Below are positions 17,291 through 38,011 of a stretch of DNA of 64,000 bases, in pieces (the stretch's first letter is position 1; every line of letters begins with the position of its first letter). Location of the stretch: NCBI RefSeq assembly GCF_009914755.1, contig NC_060941.1. One strand, written 5' to 3'. The translations under genes and the position numbers were made by a program. The notes beneath the pieces are model-generated. The model saw nothing but the letters and a program-made list of their open reading frames with translations. It made no database searches and was not told the origin of the DNA. Source of the stretch: the human T2T-CHM13v2.0 reference genome, Homo sapiens.

Positions 17291-17767
17291 ATATTTAATA
17301 TTAAAATAAAAATTAATGATTTAAAATTTGTATCAATTGTTAAGATTCAGTATTAAGCTTAGGAAGTCTTAATTTAAAATACATTGTATTCTATGGTAGA
17401 TTGTTTTTAGTTATTTGCTGCCTTTCTTCTTCTTTTTTTTTTTTTTTTTTGAGATGGAATCTCACTCTGTCGCCCAGGCGGGAGTGCAGTGGCGCAATCT
17501 CAGCTCACTGCAACCTCTGCCTCCTGGGTTCAAGCGATTCTCCTGCTCAGCCTCCTGAGTAGCTGGGATTACAGGCATGCACCACCACGCCCGGCTAATT
17601 TTTGTATTTTTAGTAGAGACGAGGTTTCACCATGTTGGTCAGGCTGGTCTCGATCTCCTGAACTCATGATCTGCCCACCTCAGCCTCCCAAAGTGCTGGG
17701 ATTACAGGTGTGAGCCACTGCTCCCAGCCATTTGCTACCTTTATTCTAAGAGAACTACACATCCCTA

Positions 17768-18080
17768 TGTGGTTTACATTCGTCCTGGTATATTCCTCCC
17801 CTATTGATGTTAAGGCCACATTACTTTGGTGAGCAGAAGTGACTAATAAATGCTACCTCCAAGTGTTAGCTTTAAAAGACATCACAGGGTTTGGCCATCT
17901 CTTTTTCCTATGCCAAGAGCCTAGGATGTCCTGGCTGAGGGTCTTAGGATAAAGAAAACATGGAGCAGAGTCAGCACTAACCCATAAGGATATGTATCAC
18001 GAGTGAGGAATAAACTTTTCTAAGTCACTGAGATCTGGGGACTGTTTCTGCAGCACACCCTAGTGAAAGCTAGCTTAACA
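17768..18080 (+). mobile_element. Old MLT1(I/J)-like LTR
   Basis: TGTGGT start; GAGCAGAAGTGAC and AATAAAC...AAGTCACTGAGAT motifs. Confidence 0.55.
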
Positions 18081-18349
18081 TGAATTAAAAACCTACACAA
18101 TTTCAATGTATTCCCTTCCTTCTAGAGACAGATAAAAAATGACACTGGAAGTTTTCCTGACCCTTTAAACACAAAACAGAAGCTTTATTTGCATAATCGA
18201 CTTCAAAACAACAATGGTTTCAACTTAAAATTCTGGTCATGAAGTCCTAATATCACTTATTTATAAGTTATATACATGTGTTACTGTATAAAAGTATATA
18301 CTGTATAACAAAACACACAGAAATAGAAAATGTTAAAGTATTAGGTAAA

Positions 18350-18637
18350 TAAGTAAACTAACGCAGAAACAAAAAACCAAATACTGCATGTTCTCACAAG
18401 TGGGAGCTAAACACTGGGTGCACATGGACATAAAGACAGGCTCGACAGACATTGGAGACTACAAGACGGGAGAAAGTGGGGGAAGGGTTGAAAAACTACC
18501 TGTTGGTACTATGCTCACTACCTGGGTGATGGGTTCCATCATACCCCAACCCTCAGCATCACACAACATATTAGTGTAACAAACCTACAAACGTGCCCCC
18601 TGAATCTAAAATATAAGTTGAAAAAAGCAAAAATAAG
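18350..18637 (+). mobile_element. 5'-truncated L1PA/PB 3' end with a 16-bp TSD
   Basis: CATGTTCTCAC..AAGTGGGAGCTAA 3'UTR motif; TAAAGTATTAGGTAAA at 18334-18349 and 18638-18653. Confidence 0.85.
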
Positions 18638-18694
18638 TAAAGTATTAGGTAAAAAAGAAATACAGTATATGGCCTTCAAGATAGCTGTTAATAG

Positions 18695-19019
<325 letters not shown>

Positions 19020-19192
19020 TAGCCTTTTCCCTCACTCTTGGAGGGTGAACACATCTTCATTTTAGTTTGAAGGAAGCCATTTATTTATGCTTATTTCTAA
19101 TTGTAACATTAAGCTCTTAGCCTGTAGCTCTTGATATATAAACGTAACAACAAACAATAACTTTGTAAGAAACCAACTAAAGAAGCAAGTAC

Positions 19193-19314
19193 CTGCATAG
19201 CAATAGGTCCTTGGGACATCTGAGAGCTGTAATTCATTCCCATAATGCCTTGCATATTAGGCTGCATGACAGAGACCATAGGAAATCCTTGTTGCTGCAT
19301 CGGCATCAGGCCTG
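19193..19314 (-). CDS. SYNRG: SYNRG exon 3 (122 nt, AGLMPMQQQGF...GPIAMQ)
   Basis: Tandem acceptor tttcag|CAG; donor CAG|gtactt; overlaps ORF 19109..19306. Confidence 0.93.
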
Positions 19315-19589
19315 CTGAAAATATAAAGACATTATTAAAGTCAATGTGTTTTAAAGTTTATTTTCTTAAAACCATAAGTACCTAAAGGACTTGTTACTTG
19401 GCAGGAAGCAGAGTGTAATGGAAAAAGCACAGGGTCCTGAGTGAGACAGATGTGAATATGAATTCCAACTCCATCATTTACTTAGCTGTGTGATCTTGAA
19501 CAAGTTACAAAACTTCATCTGTAAAATGAAGATAATATCTCTTCTATGGAATTTGTATGCATATTAAAAAACAGTATGGCCTAATTGGG

Positions 19590-20392
19590 GTACTCAGCCT
19601 TCAAGATGGCCTCCAATGACCTCTGTCTCCTGGTATTCATACCCGTGTGTTGTTCCATTCCATACTGAATGGGGCTGATCAGTATAACCAACAGGATACT
19701 GTGGAAATGACAGCATGTAACTTCGAAGGCTAGTTATTTTTTTTTTCTTTTGAGACAGAGTCTCACTCTGTCACCCAGGCTGGAGTGCAGTGGCATGATC
19801 TCAGCTCACTGCAACTTCCACCTCCTGGGTTCAAGCCTCCCAAGTAGCTGGGACTACAGGTGCCTGCCACCACGCCCAGCTAATTTTTGTATTTTTTAGT
19901 AGAGATGGGGTTTCGCCATCTTGGCCAGGGTGGTCTTGAACTCCTGACCTCAACACCCGCCTCAGCCTCCCAAAGTGCTGGGATTACAGGTGTGAGCCAC
20001 TGTGCCTGGCCTGAAGGCTAGTTCTTAAAAGACACTGTAGTTTCCTCCTGGTTCTTTTGGATCACTTGCTCTGGAGCAAGCCACTGCCACGTCATGAAAT
20101 ACTCAATAAGACCTATGGAGAATCCATGTGGTAAGGTACTGAGGTCTTCTGCCAAAAGGCAGCATGAATTTGCCATCTATCTCAGCGAGCCACCTCGGCA
20201 GCATCTCCATGAAACTTTCAGATGACTGCAAGCCTGGCTGACATCTTCACTGCAATCTCATAAGAGGTCTTGAGCCTGAACCACCCAGCAGAGCTACTCC
20301 TAGATTCCTGACCGAGAGACACACTATGAAATAATAAAATGTTTACTTTTTAAAGTTTGGGATAATTTGTTACACAACAGCAGATAACTAAC
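19590..20392 (+). mobile_element. MLT1F-like LTR with an inserted minus-strand Alu (19737-20011)
   Basis: MLT1 motifs (CAAGATGGCCTCCAATGA...; ...GATAACTAACA end); Alu TSD GAAGGCTAGTT. Confidence 0.75.
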
Positions 20393-22409
20393 AAAATAAC
20401 AGTTAGGAGCATGAACTCTGGGAGCCAACTAGAAATGACACATACTATTTTGGAACCTTGGGCAATCTGCTTCTTTCTATGCCTTGGTTTATCATTTGTA
20501 AAACTGTTTAATACTTACTATGCTCAAAGAAATGTTATTCTTCTTCCTTTTTCTTACATGAATAGGTAATATAACAGTTACCACAAAATAGCCATCAGCA
20601 TGTGCAATGGCAGAAAACTATCACGAATGTATGATTTAGGCTAGTGTTTCCCAAACTTTTCCAAGAGCAGAGGTGAATGAATATACATCCCTTTGGGATT
20701 TTAATAAATACTAAATGCTTATTATATGCTAGGCATAGTTCTATGTGCTTGGTACACAAGAAGTGAATAAAACAAAATCCCTACATAGTCTGAGCACAAA
20801 TTTCATTCTAATTTTGCATTCAAACTACATCTATGTTGGTTCTACCATAAGGAACTTTATATCAAACTGTCAGTTTGAAAAATTAAAGATCTAGGAAATT
20901 ATACCATGTTTATCTTATGGTTTTTGTGTACCTCCCAGGTTATTTATAACCTAGCCTAATTTCAGAAGCATGGACATCCACATTTGTGGCTAACAGTTAT
21001 TAGAGGTAGGCCATTCACTTATTCAAGTATTTGAAGCCTACTCCGTATTAGGCACTGTTCTAGGGACATAGCCATGAACAAAACCAGGTCTTCACTCTCA
21101 TGGAACTTACACTGTAATTAGGAGAGATAGATAACAAAAAAATAAGTACATGTCAGGTGGTGATAAGAGCTAGGGCAAAAAATAAAGCAGGGCAAGGGGG
21201 AATGGAGTGGTTGCTATTTTACATAGGGCAATCAGAAAAAGTTTTACCAACAGGGTAGTATTTCAACAAGAACCTCAAGTAAATAAAGAACCAAGCCATG
21301 CAGATGTTTGGGAAAAATATTCCAGACCAAAGAACACCAAGTACAAAGATCACGAGGTGTCAGGGAGAATTAGAATACACAGATTGAAAATAGCCACAGT
21401 AAGATGTTTTCCGTCTTATTTCTTTGGACTTAAAGTTTTATTGATTTTAACTGATTTTATTTTATTTCTGAATGGGTAACTCAGATATCTGGCATAATAT
21501 TTCAAGGCACAAAAGTGTACACAGTAAAAAATAGGTCTCTTTCTCTCCTCTGTCTCCGGTTCAAGTACTCATGATCTTGTGGCCATGACCTTGCTGTCGG
21601 TTTCTTACATATGTTTTCAGAAATGATCCATGCATAATTTAAAGCCTTCAAATGATCAAAAAGTCCATTCTAACAACTGTTTAAAAAAAAATCTCCAAAC
21701 CAATTCCAAATTCCCTAAGAAAAAATATCAGGCAACACTTTGGGGTCTCTTCTTGTCCAGTTCCTTTGCTCCATATGCATATTTTTACTTGAAAGTGTAT
21801 AGAAATGCAAAATAACAAACATGATAATGGACACATAACTCTGTAATACCTTCCTAAAGAACAAAAGATCTCAAACCATTTGATCTCAATCTGGGACACA
21901 TCTAATTACAGATAGCTTAAATAATGCATAAATGTGAACACGATGAAAAGAATACAACTGAGCCTTGGAAAAACTTACCTGAAACCCAACCACCATCACT
22001 GATTATAAATGAAGACAAAGTCAGGATGAGCCACTGACCACCTGCTACTGAGCTGCTCTTTATCTTTTATCTCTACTGCTGACCTAGGAGTCTCTGTTTC
22101 TTTAGCAAATCTATGACAACCAATCAACGCTGGCTTTTTAAGAAGAGCCAGTTTTCAGAAGCAGCTTGGTGTGAGGGGAGAGGGAAGACTGTCAGAGTGA
22201 AAGAAATGAGCGGAAAGAAGCCAGATGAAGGCAGATCTATTCCTTCTTCACTGTTGTGTCCCAGTTGCATGGCAGCATGGGTCAAAATTATATTCCTTCA
22301 CTACTATTTCCTTGAAGATAAAGCTAGAATTGATATTGGTGGGTCCTAGTCTGAGACCAAGAGAGAAAAGGTATACTTAGAGAAATTTCTAGGAATAGAA
22401 CTGAGACTT

Positions 22410-28164
<5,755 letters not shown>

Positions 28165-30454
28165 TATTCAGTTTTTAAAGACATTACTCATATGCTAAAA
28201 TTGATACATTCAGGAGCAATGAATACATTTAAGTAATCAAGCTGTCAAGATTTTTAAAAATCAGGCTTAAACATTTAAATTAGTCATATGGCCTAGAGGC
28301 TCAAAAGAATTGGAAACTCGTGTATATTTTCTTTCTTCCAGCTTTGCCATAAAGTAACTGTGAAGCTCTGTGCAATCTCCTTTACCCCCTGTCTGGTTTC
28401 CCCTCTGTCAAATGAGGACGTAGAATCAAGGCTGCTAAAGTCTCAGCTAAGACAATCACATAGACATGAATACATAAACAGATGTATAAAGGTTACTTTG
28501 AAAATGAAATAAAAACAAAATACTGTCAAACATGACTTTCTCTAGTAAGAATTTAGCAAATCGAACTGCTTAGTGACCTATGAAAAATTCATATTTTTCT
28601 CTGAAATGTTTAGACAACTAATAACAACATGCTTAAAGATTGGTTAGATAAGCAGTTAAGGCATTAATAAGACAGTAAAAGCTTGGCAAAAAACTGGGCA
28701 GGAAGGTGACCAACAATTTAATTTCAAAGGTAAAACCACTAATTCTTATATTACTGACATCTCGGTATGAAAGCAGAGCTCTGTCACTTACCTATCTCAT
28801 CCGTCCCTCCTTTTCAGTTACCTTTGCTACTAACCTAGATTTGACACTAGGCTTCACTTCTTAGGCCTAAACTCCTACATAAAGACTTCCTAATGGATCT
28901 CCCCACCTCCAGACTCTGGTTTCTAATTCATCTGATGCAGCACAAGTGAGAGACATCTTTCTAAATGATGGACCATTACGCAATAATTAAATGGTCCTTT
29001 AGCAAGACGCACCCCTGAAGTTAAAACTATGAAATGATTTCCCTGAAACTGAATTTCCTTAGTTTAAACTCAAGGCCCTCTCTAGTTTGGGCACAACTCT
29101 ACTTTGCAGTTTTATCTCACAAAACTCTTCTCTGCCACTCAGAGCCACAGTCATCTGGCACTGCAGGTACATCGTTTCCTTAGTGTTGACTAGGCCTTCC
29201 CATCTCTGTGACGATCTCTTGACCGCTTCCTCTTCCTCTAACTCTGTGGGCCAAATGAAATACCACTTCTTTGCCTTTGATATAGCTGAAATCCACAAAT
29301 ATTTACAGAATGTTTTTTATGTGCAAAAATGTGCTAGAAGCAGTGAAAGAAGAAAAGATGAGGAAGCCCTCTAAAAGCTTGTAAAAGATCAGGAAAAAAT
29401 AGACAAGTTCACAAATGATAACATCCCAGAAGAACGTGACCTCTTTGTTCCACTTTACTTTGTACCACAGTTATTTTGTACATTCTCCAAGGATGGGGAC
29501 CATGTTTTGATGTCTTTTTAATTCATTACAGCATCAAGAACAGTACCTTACCCATGTAAGCATTCAATGACTACAGACTAATCCAGATCTTTCAACTCTT
29601 TTTTTTTTCTGCCTTGATTAAAGAAAAAAAAAATTTATACTTCTCATCTCTTGGGCAAATTTTGCCCTTTATACAACTCTACCATTTATTCTAAAGTAGC
29701 TCATCCAGGACACCAATCAAAAGTAGGGTAATATTAAATTTGGAAAACGTTATTGTGTTTTGCTTAGCCTCTTAGAATATAGAGAAGTATCTAAACAATA
29801 CAGTCAGTTATAGTTCATGGATTTTCTCCATTAAAGGTGTAGAGAAGTTGCCTGTTTTTTTTCTTCAAATATACTTAGGTTGCCATAATGTTAAGTTTCC
29901 TTATAAAATAATTTCAGGGAGGGTGGGTGGCAAAAAGAAAATTAAAAAGGAAATAAAATAACTTCAGCCTTTACACCATTACTCTCTAAAAAAAATAATA
30001 TTCCTTTTTCTATTGAGGATACAGCTTCTCAGCCTCAGAAAGTTGCCAATATATGTAACATATGTACCATACATTTTTCAAGGTAAGAATCATTTTAACC
30101 ACTTCTTTCTCTCCTGTATATCGTTTACAGTTTTAGAATGCAGATGTTGCTACATTTACAAAGGGGGGAAATTTTAAAATCATTCTAATTTCTATCAAAA
30201 TTCAACCCATATTTATTTTAAAAATTTGTGTCCATGGACCAATGATACTCAAATACTGCAAACTAAAGGGAATAATGCACTTGAATTTCTGAACCTGAGG
30301 TCCTCCCCATCCAAAAACATTTTTTAAGTAAATAAAAATTTGGGCCTAGATATCAATTCTTCTAAGTTTACATTTTCCCAGAACTTGGTGCCATGATTAA
30401 TCATATACTTGATCAAATTAATACCATCCAGGGACATTTTAGAAACTGTAATCA

Positions 30455-31039
<585 letters not shown>

Positions 31040-31879
31040 TTATTTTTTAAAAAACCCTCTAATGAAACAACGGAGAGAACAAAAGAGAAAGCAAAAAGTT
31101 TAAAAATCTAAAGTTAAAGATGTGCAGAGGAAATGAAAAATGGGGTTACACACAGGTGGTTTATTGAACAGCCACTGCTCGTTTCCTGACAAGCACCTGC
31201 AAGAGGTGATAACTTTAAGGTCCTTACACTTTTGTAGTGTTCACGACTCCGAAATTGAAACACTGCATATAAAAAAAAAACCTAACACTTCGTTTTCCAA
31301 AGACAATTTAGGATACTGAAGATGCAAAGCTACTTTTACCTCCAAATGTGTGTGCTGTTGTGTGTTGGTTAGTAAAACAAAATCAGACTAGGTCATTATA
31401 GAAGTGGAGTGAAAACTTCCTAGAATAAAATATTTCCTTAAATGATAACGAATCTGTCAGCTTGTAAAACGTACATCTCCCTTACCATTCTGGGTATAAG
31501 AACCACGGCAGTTCTTGGCTGAAATGTGGCAGAGGGCAGATTTGTTTAAGGGCTGAGTCTGGAAGCTTTGTTCTAATAAATGCGCAACTGCTGTTTAACA
31601 GTGCACTTTCTTTGTTTTTAAATGCCTTTTTAAAAAGAAGACAGACAAGTCTTAAGAGTTAGTGTACAAGACAAGAACTCTATCTCAAGACCATTACTAA
31701 TTCAGAGGTCTTTAGATGTTCCTGCTGTTTGTCGCGGGTTAAGGAAATAAAGAGGACAGGACACTCTAAAAGGGGAAGAGACAAATAGTCCACACACACA
31801 CCCCCCTTGGAAACAGTCCTCCAGCTTTGTGAACAGATTTTTAAAGCCCTCCCTCCAACATATCCGGTTAAGTCTAGAA

Positions 31880-32690
31880 AGCCCAAGGAAAGGGAAGACC
31901 CTGGTCGCTTCAGAGGCAGCTAGGACTAGGAGCGGAGTCGCGGTTCCTGATTTGCCCCGCCCCCCCCCCACCCCAAGAGGACCCTCATCTTCTCTCCCCT
32001 CCCACACTGGGCGCGCGCTCGCTCCCCGCTCGATTCCAGGCGGCCGGCGCCCCCAACTGATCCCGGAACACCAGCGTCCAGCACCTGGGCTCCACACGCC
32101 CCTTTCGGCCTGGGTCCCTGGGGGATGACCCTCCTCCCGCAGCCCAGTTCCAAGGAAAAGGATCAGGGCTGGAGAAAACTGCCATAACTGCCAAGCGCCC
32201 CTCGCCGCCCCCGCGGAGGCCAGCGGGCTCCCGCCCGGCTCTTCACACCTACCCGCCTCCCCCGGCGGACCCCGCGCCAGCTCCCGCGGCCCCGCCGCCA
32301 CCAGAACCAGCTCCTGGCCGCAGCGCCATCTTGCTCCCGACCTGCCGCTGCCTTCGCCGCCGCCACCTTATCAGCAGCTGTCAGCTGAACACAGCCACTT
32401 CCGGGTCAAACACCAGGCCCCACCTCGCCGCGGACCGGGCGATGGGGCGGGGCCTCGCGCCCACGTGACTCCCCCGGCCCTCGGGGAGGCGTGGCGCGCC
32501 CACGGCACGTGACCCGGCGCCGCAGGGGTCCCCCAGATTCAATTCTAGCTCTCGGGCTGGTGGGGCGGTCGCGGGCGCCTCTCCAAGGGAGCTGATTCAT
32601 TGTCTGGTAGGCCCTCTGCAGGGCCCAGCTGGCGGCCCAGTGGCAAAGCGCCGTTGGTCCTCCGTTTGAAAACCATGATCGCGGTTAGTG
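31880..32690. promoter_or_regulatory. CpG island / SYNRG promoter
   Basis: GC- and CpG-dense. ETS CCGGAAGTG (32396-32404, minus), GC box GGGGCGGGGC (32444-32453), E-boxes CACGTG (32462-32467, 32506-32511), YY1-like AAGATGGCG over the start codon. Confidence 0.9.
32253..32329 (-). CDS. SYNRG: SYNRG coding exon 1 (77 nt, MALRPGAGSGGGGAAGAGAGSAGGG)
   Basis: ATG in Kozak context CAAGATGG at 32329-32327; donor GG|gtaggt; ends phase 2. Confidence 0.95.
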
Positions 32691-32746
32691 GAAAGAGTAG
32701 GCTGAGTCCTGATTTTTAAACTATACGGTGGGTACACTGGTGTTCT

Positions 32747-32752
32747 TTTATT
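32747..32752 (-). terminator. Candidate distal DDX52 poly(A) signal AATAAA
   Basis: Plus-strand TTTATT just outside the SYNRG CpG island; fits my recollection that the DDX52 3'UTR reaches the SYNRG promoter. Confidence 0.55.
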
Positions 32753-33101
32753 GTTACTCTTTACACACAAAGAACAGATAGGTCCTGAAGGGCCCTTTGA
32801 TAGTCTCGCAGCACTGATGAGTGATCAGCTCTCCCCTCTTTCTCTGGAACTCGGTAGCTTCATGTTGGCACCTATCACAGACGCTGAAGGCATTTAAATT
32901 TTATTTTAAATCAACCAAGAGCCCAAAAACCCAACCCATATTTCGAAAAAACTCCAAGGTGTACTACTCTTGTTTGGTTCTGCCATCCTGCCACCTTACA
33001 GTCCTTTTGTTTTTCCTATTCTTGCAGGCAAGTGCAAAACAGTGGTTTTTGGAAGGCAATTCATAATTACTCTGAAGCTATTTCGGCATATTTTTTACTG
33101 A

Positions 33102-33332
<231 letters not shown>

Positions 33333-34158
33333 TAGGCTCAAGCTATGCTCCCACCTCGGCCTCCAAGTGCCAGGGTGTGAGCCACATGCCTGGGCTGTGA
33401 TTTTTTTTTTTCTTTTAATCAAACTACTGTCTGGAAGTAAAACATGAAAGTTGAGTAATTTTCTCAAGCACGTAGTTTGCTTGCTAACAAGTAATGGATT
33501 AATTAGCTTTACGTTTTCACTCTTGTCTCAAGGTTTTTACTGGGTAATAATTTGTAATAAGTTATTAGGCACAAACCACTGGTCAGGAACTGTACACGCA
33601 TTTTAAAAAATCCTCAGTATCCTTAGGAGTTACAATTGGCATCTTACAGATGAGAAAATCAAGGTTAGAAACAGTTACTGTCATTTGTCCAGATCATACA
33701 GCTACAAGCAATGAGGATCAGGATTCAAATCCAGGCCAGTTTGACTCTAAAGTCCTTGCTCATTTCACCAGAGCCAGCTATTCAATTTTTATGTTTTTTC
33801 TTTTGCTGTAACTGCCTGTTCACTAATTTCACTCCTTCCCTTCCTTGTGTGAAGCTGAAATTTATGTAGCACATAGTTCCAACTGCTTTGAAGGAGCTAA
33901 ATTTAGTATTAATACACTGACTAAGTTGATACAGGTTACTGTAGATACTTTAAGCAGACACAATAAAGTCAAGGATCATAGATGTGACCTCAGTTTGTCC
34001 TGGAATCCTTTTTGTTCCTCTTCTTTGCCTATTGGTTTTTACATTTGCAGGATTCAACTCAGGATGTCGGCCTTCCATGACATCCCCAATCTGGGTTAGA
34101 TGCCCTCTTGTGATGCTTTAGCATCATGGCCTTACATCTAACAGAGCACTTGCCACAC

Positions 34159-35620
<1,462 letters not shown>

Positions 35621-36723
35621 TATTTGCTCCTTTATCTCTAACATTACATTGTAAGGGTAAGGACTGTGTTATCAAGCCTGTATTCCTAACAAAATCTATG
35701 TTTAAGAAATATTTATTGTGAGTTTACTATGTATCAGGTACAGTGCTAGGTACTCACAATTGGAGACATAATTTTATAGATGAGAACACTGAAACTCTGA
35801 GAAATTAAGAACTTACTCAAAGTCACACAGCTGGCAAATGGGTTGCACCAGTATACCTACCTCCAGAATATATATTGGGTAAAGGATCTGTTTGCATGAA
35901 CAAACAAAAAAATCATATTCTTGTAAGTATTTTTACACCCTGTACCAGTAGATCTTTCTTTAAATAAATTCCGAAGATGAACAATTTTTGTCCCATCTAA
36001 AATATTCAAAGCAAAGTCCACCTGTTCTGACTCTAGAACAAAAAGCTACAAATAGAGGAAATAAATAAGTTGAATTCAAATGCTGCTGAGAAAAGGCAAT
36101 GTATATTATAGTTCTGTGGTAGTACTGATAACATTCAAGTCATTCTTAGGCACCAGTCTTACGTATATGAAGTCACTTTTTCATTCCATTGTACAAAACT
36201 CATATTTTGAGAAAAATCTAATAGCTAATAGTCTCCAACACCATATGATCATAATCCTTTAGCTTAAGTAGAGATCTACTTATTAAATGAGGCACCATCA
36301 ACCTAAGGAAAGATAAGCTGTAAGAGAATGAAGACAGAGGTATATCAAGTAACAAGAACATTCTTCCTTATCAGGATAAAATGTTTATCAGTATTCAAAT
36401 AAAATATCTTAAATGGAAAGAGACAGGAAAGAACATGGTTAAATCACAGAAAATGAAGAAAGGGAGAAGCTGATCATGATCTTGTACAACATTATGACAG
36501 CACTAAGGTATTACGTATCCAATACAAGGATACTTAATAGACCAAAGAATTTAAAATCCCAGGGAACTGGAATAACCAGCCACAAAAGAGGCCTCTCTTT
36601 GTTGTGGTTCACAACACAAAAGGCCATCAACAAATTAGGAAATATTAAAATTAAGAGAGCAGCAGGTTTCTTCTTGGTAGACAGCTCATGCTACCATCCA
36701 CAAAGTGAGCAGTGGAAGGGGTA

Positions 36724-36743
36724 TTTAATGTCAAGGCTTTATT
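36724..36743 (-). terminator. Candidate proximal DDX52 poly(A) signals (AATAAA 36738-36743, ATTAAA 36724-36729)
   Basis: Two hexamers about 530 nt past the stop codon; usage not shown. Confidence 0.45.
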
Positions 36744-37267
36744 TTGAATTTCTGTTCCAGATGCCTCTCCACAGCATTCATCACACCTTCCTTCACACTT
36801 GAAGGGAAAAGTCCTTAAGAGTTCACCACATTTTGGTGTTATTTTTAGCATAAACATTTGTTTTTCTATAAGAAGTATCTCTCTGGATTCAAACCACAGA
36901 AATGTCAATGAATGTTATTTCCATTGTATAATCATTTAAAAGTCACCTACAGAGCTGGGTGCAGCAGCTTGTGCCTGTAATCTCAGTTACTCAGGAGGCT
37001 AAGGCAGGAGGATTGTGTGAGGTCAGGAGTTCAAGACCAGCCTGGACAACATGGCAAGACCCTCATCTCTACAGGAAAAAAAAAAGGCACCTACAAATTG
37101 AAACTGACTTGATAGTTTAGGATCATTTATCACCAGTCCCATGTACTTGTAGTTGATTTCAAATGTTTGGTACAGGTGACTGTAAGACTTCAAGTATTCC
37201 ATGAAAATAACATTCATGCTGGGATCATAAAATTACATTTCTGGGACAGTATTTTTAAAGTCTGTTT

Positions 37268-37325
37268 TTAACTTTTGTCTTCAAGAGCTACTTTCTTCTT
37301 GCTGTTCTGACCAGTGACCTTTTTC
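37268..37325 (-). CDS. DDX52: DDX52 last coding exon (KKVTGQNSKKKVALEDKS*)
   Basis: ttacag|G; TAA at 37270-37268. Confidence 0.92.
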
Positions 37326-37902
37326 CTGTAAAGAGCAAAGTAAGAAAAATTGAATAAAAAATTCTACGTATATTTACTTTCCATAACCCTACCACCAGTT
37401 TAATAAACATTTACTGAAACCTACTGTGTATCAAATAATGAGGCACTAGGAACACAAAGATGCATTAGACATGGTCTCTGCCCTTTAGAAAATCACAATC
37501 ACCTAAGTGAGGCAGAACCATCACAGTAAACTACATTACTACATGGTATGACACATAGGTTCGGATCCTGACCTAATGAGTTCACAATGATTCAGTGCTT
37601 ACTGCATGCTAGAAACGGTTACTAAGTGCTTTACATGTATTAACTCGGGTAATTTTCCTAACAACTTATGAGGAGTATTGTATTATTATCCTCCGTTTAC
37701 AGATGAGGAAAATGAGGCACAGAGTGGTTGACTTGCCAGTCATCACTCACTGGTAATCCATGTTAGACACGAATCCTATCAGTCTGATCCTATAGCCTAG
37801 TGAAGGTTGAATGTCATTAACTAAGTGGTAACAGACAAAGGAAAAAAGTTTTGAGAAAATAATCAATGTTTGCAAACTATTATTATAGTAATACAAAGTT
37901 CT

Positions 37903-38011
37903 TTGGTGTATATTAACTCATATAATCCCAAATCCCAACTCTACACAGGGAAGTAGATATTAGAACCAGTTCTTCTGGCTCCAAATCCAGTTCCTCCCCG
38001 ACTCACTGCAT
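37903..38011 (-). ncRNA. MIR378J: MIR378J hairpin in the last DDX52 intron; mature ACUGGAUUUGGAGCCAGAA at 37991-37973
   Basis: Mature sequence recognised; GAGCCAG-AAGAA-CUGGUUC stem-loop visible; MIR-SINE-like context. Confidence 0.8.

Noticed and set aside
31702-32600. 199-aa and other GC-rich ORFs at the CpG island
   Set aside because: Stop-poor frames are expected in GC-rich DNA; only 32253-32329 fits the spliced SYNRG frame
36476-36908. ORFs in the DDX52 3'UTR
   Set aside because: No recognisable homology or splice context; lengths are consistent with chance
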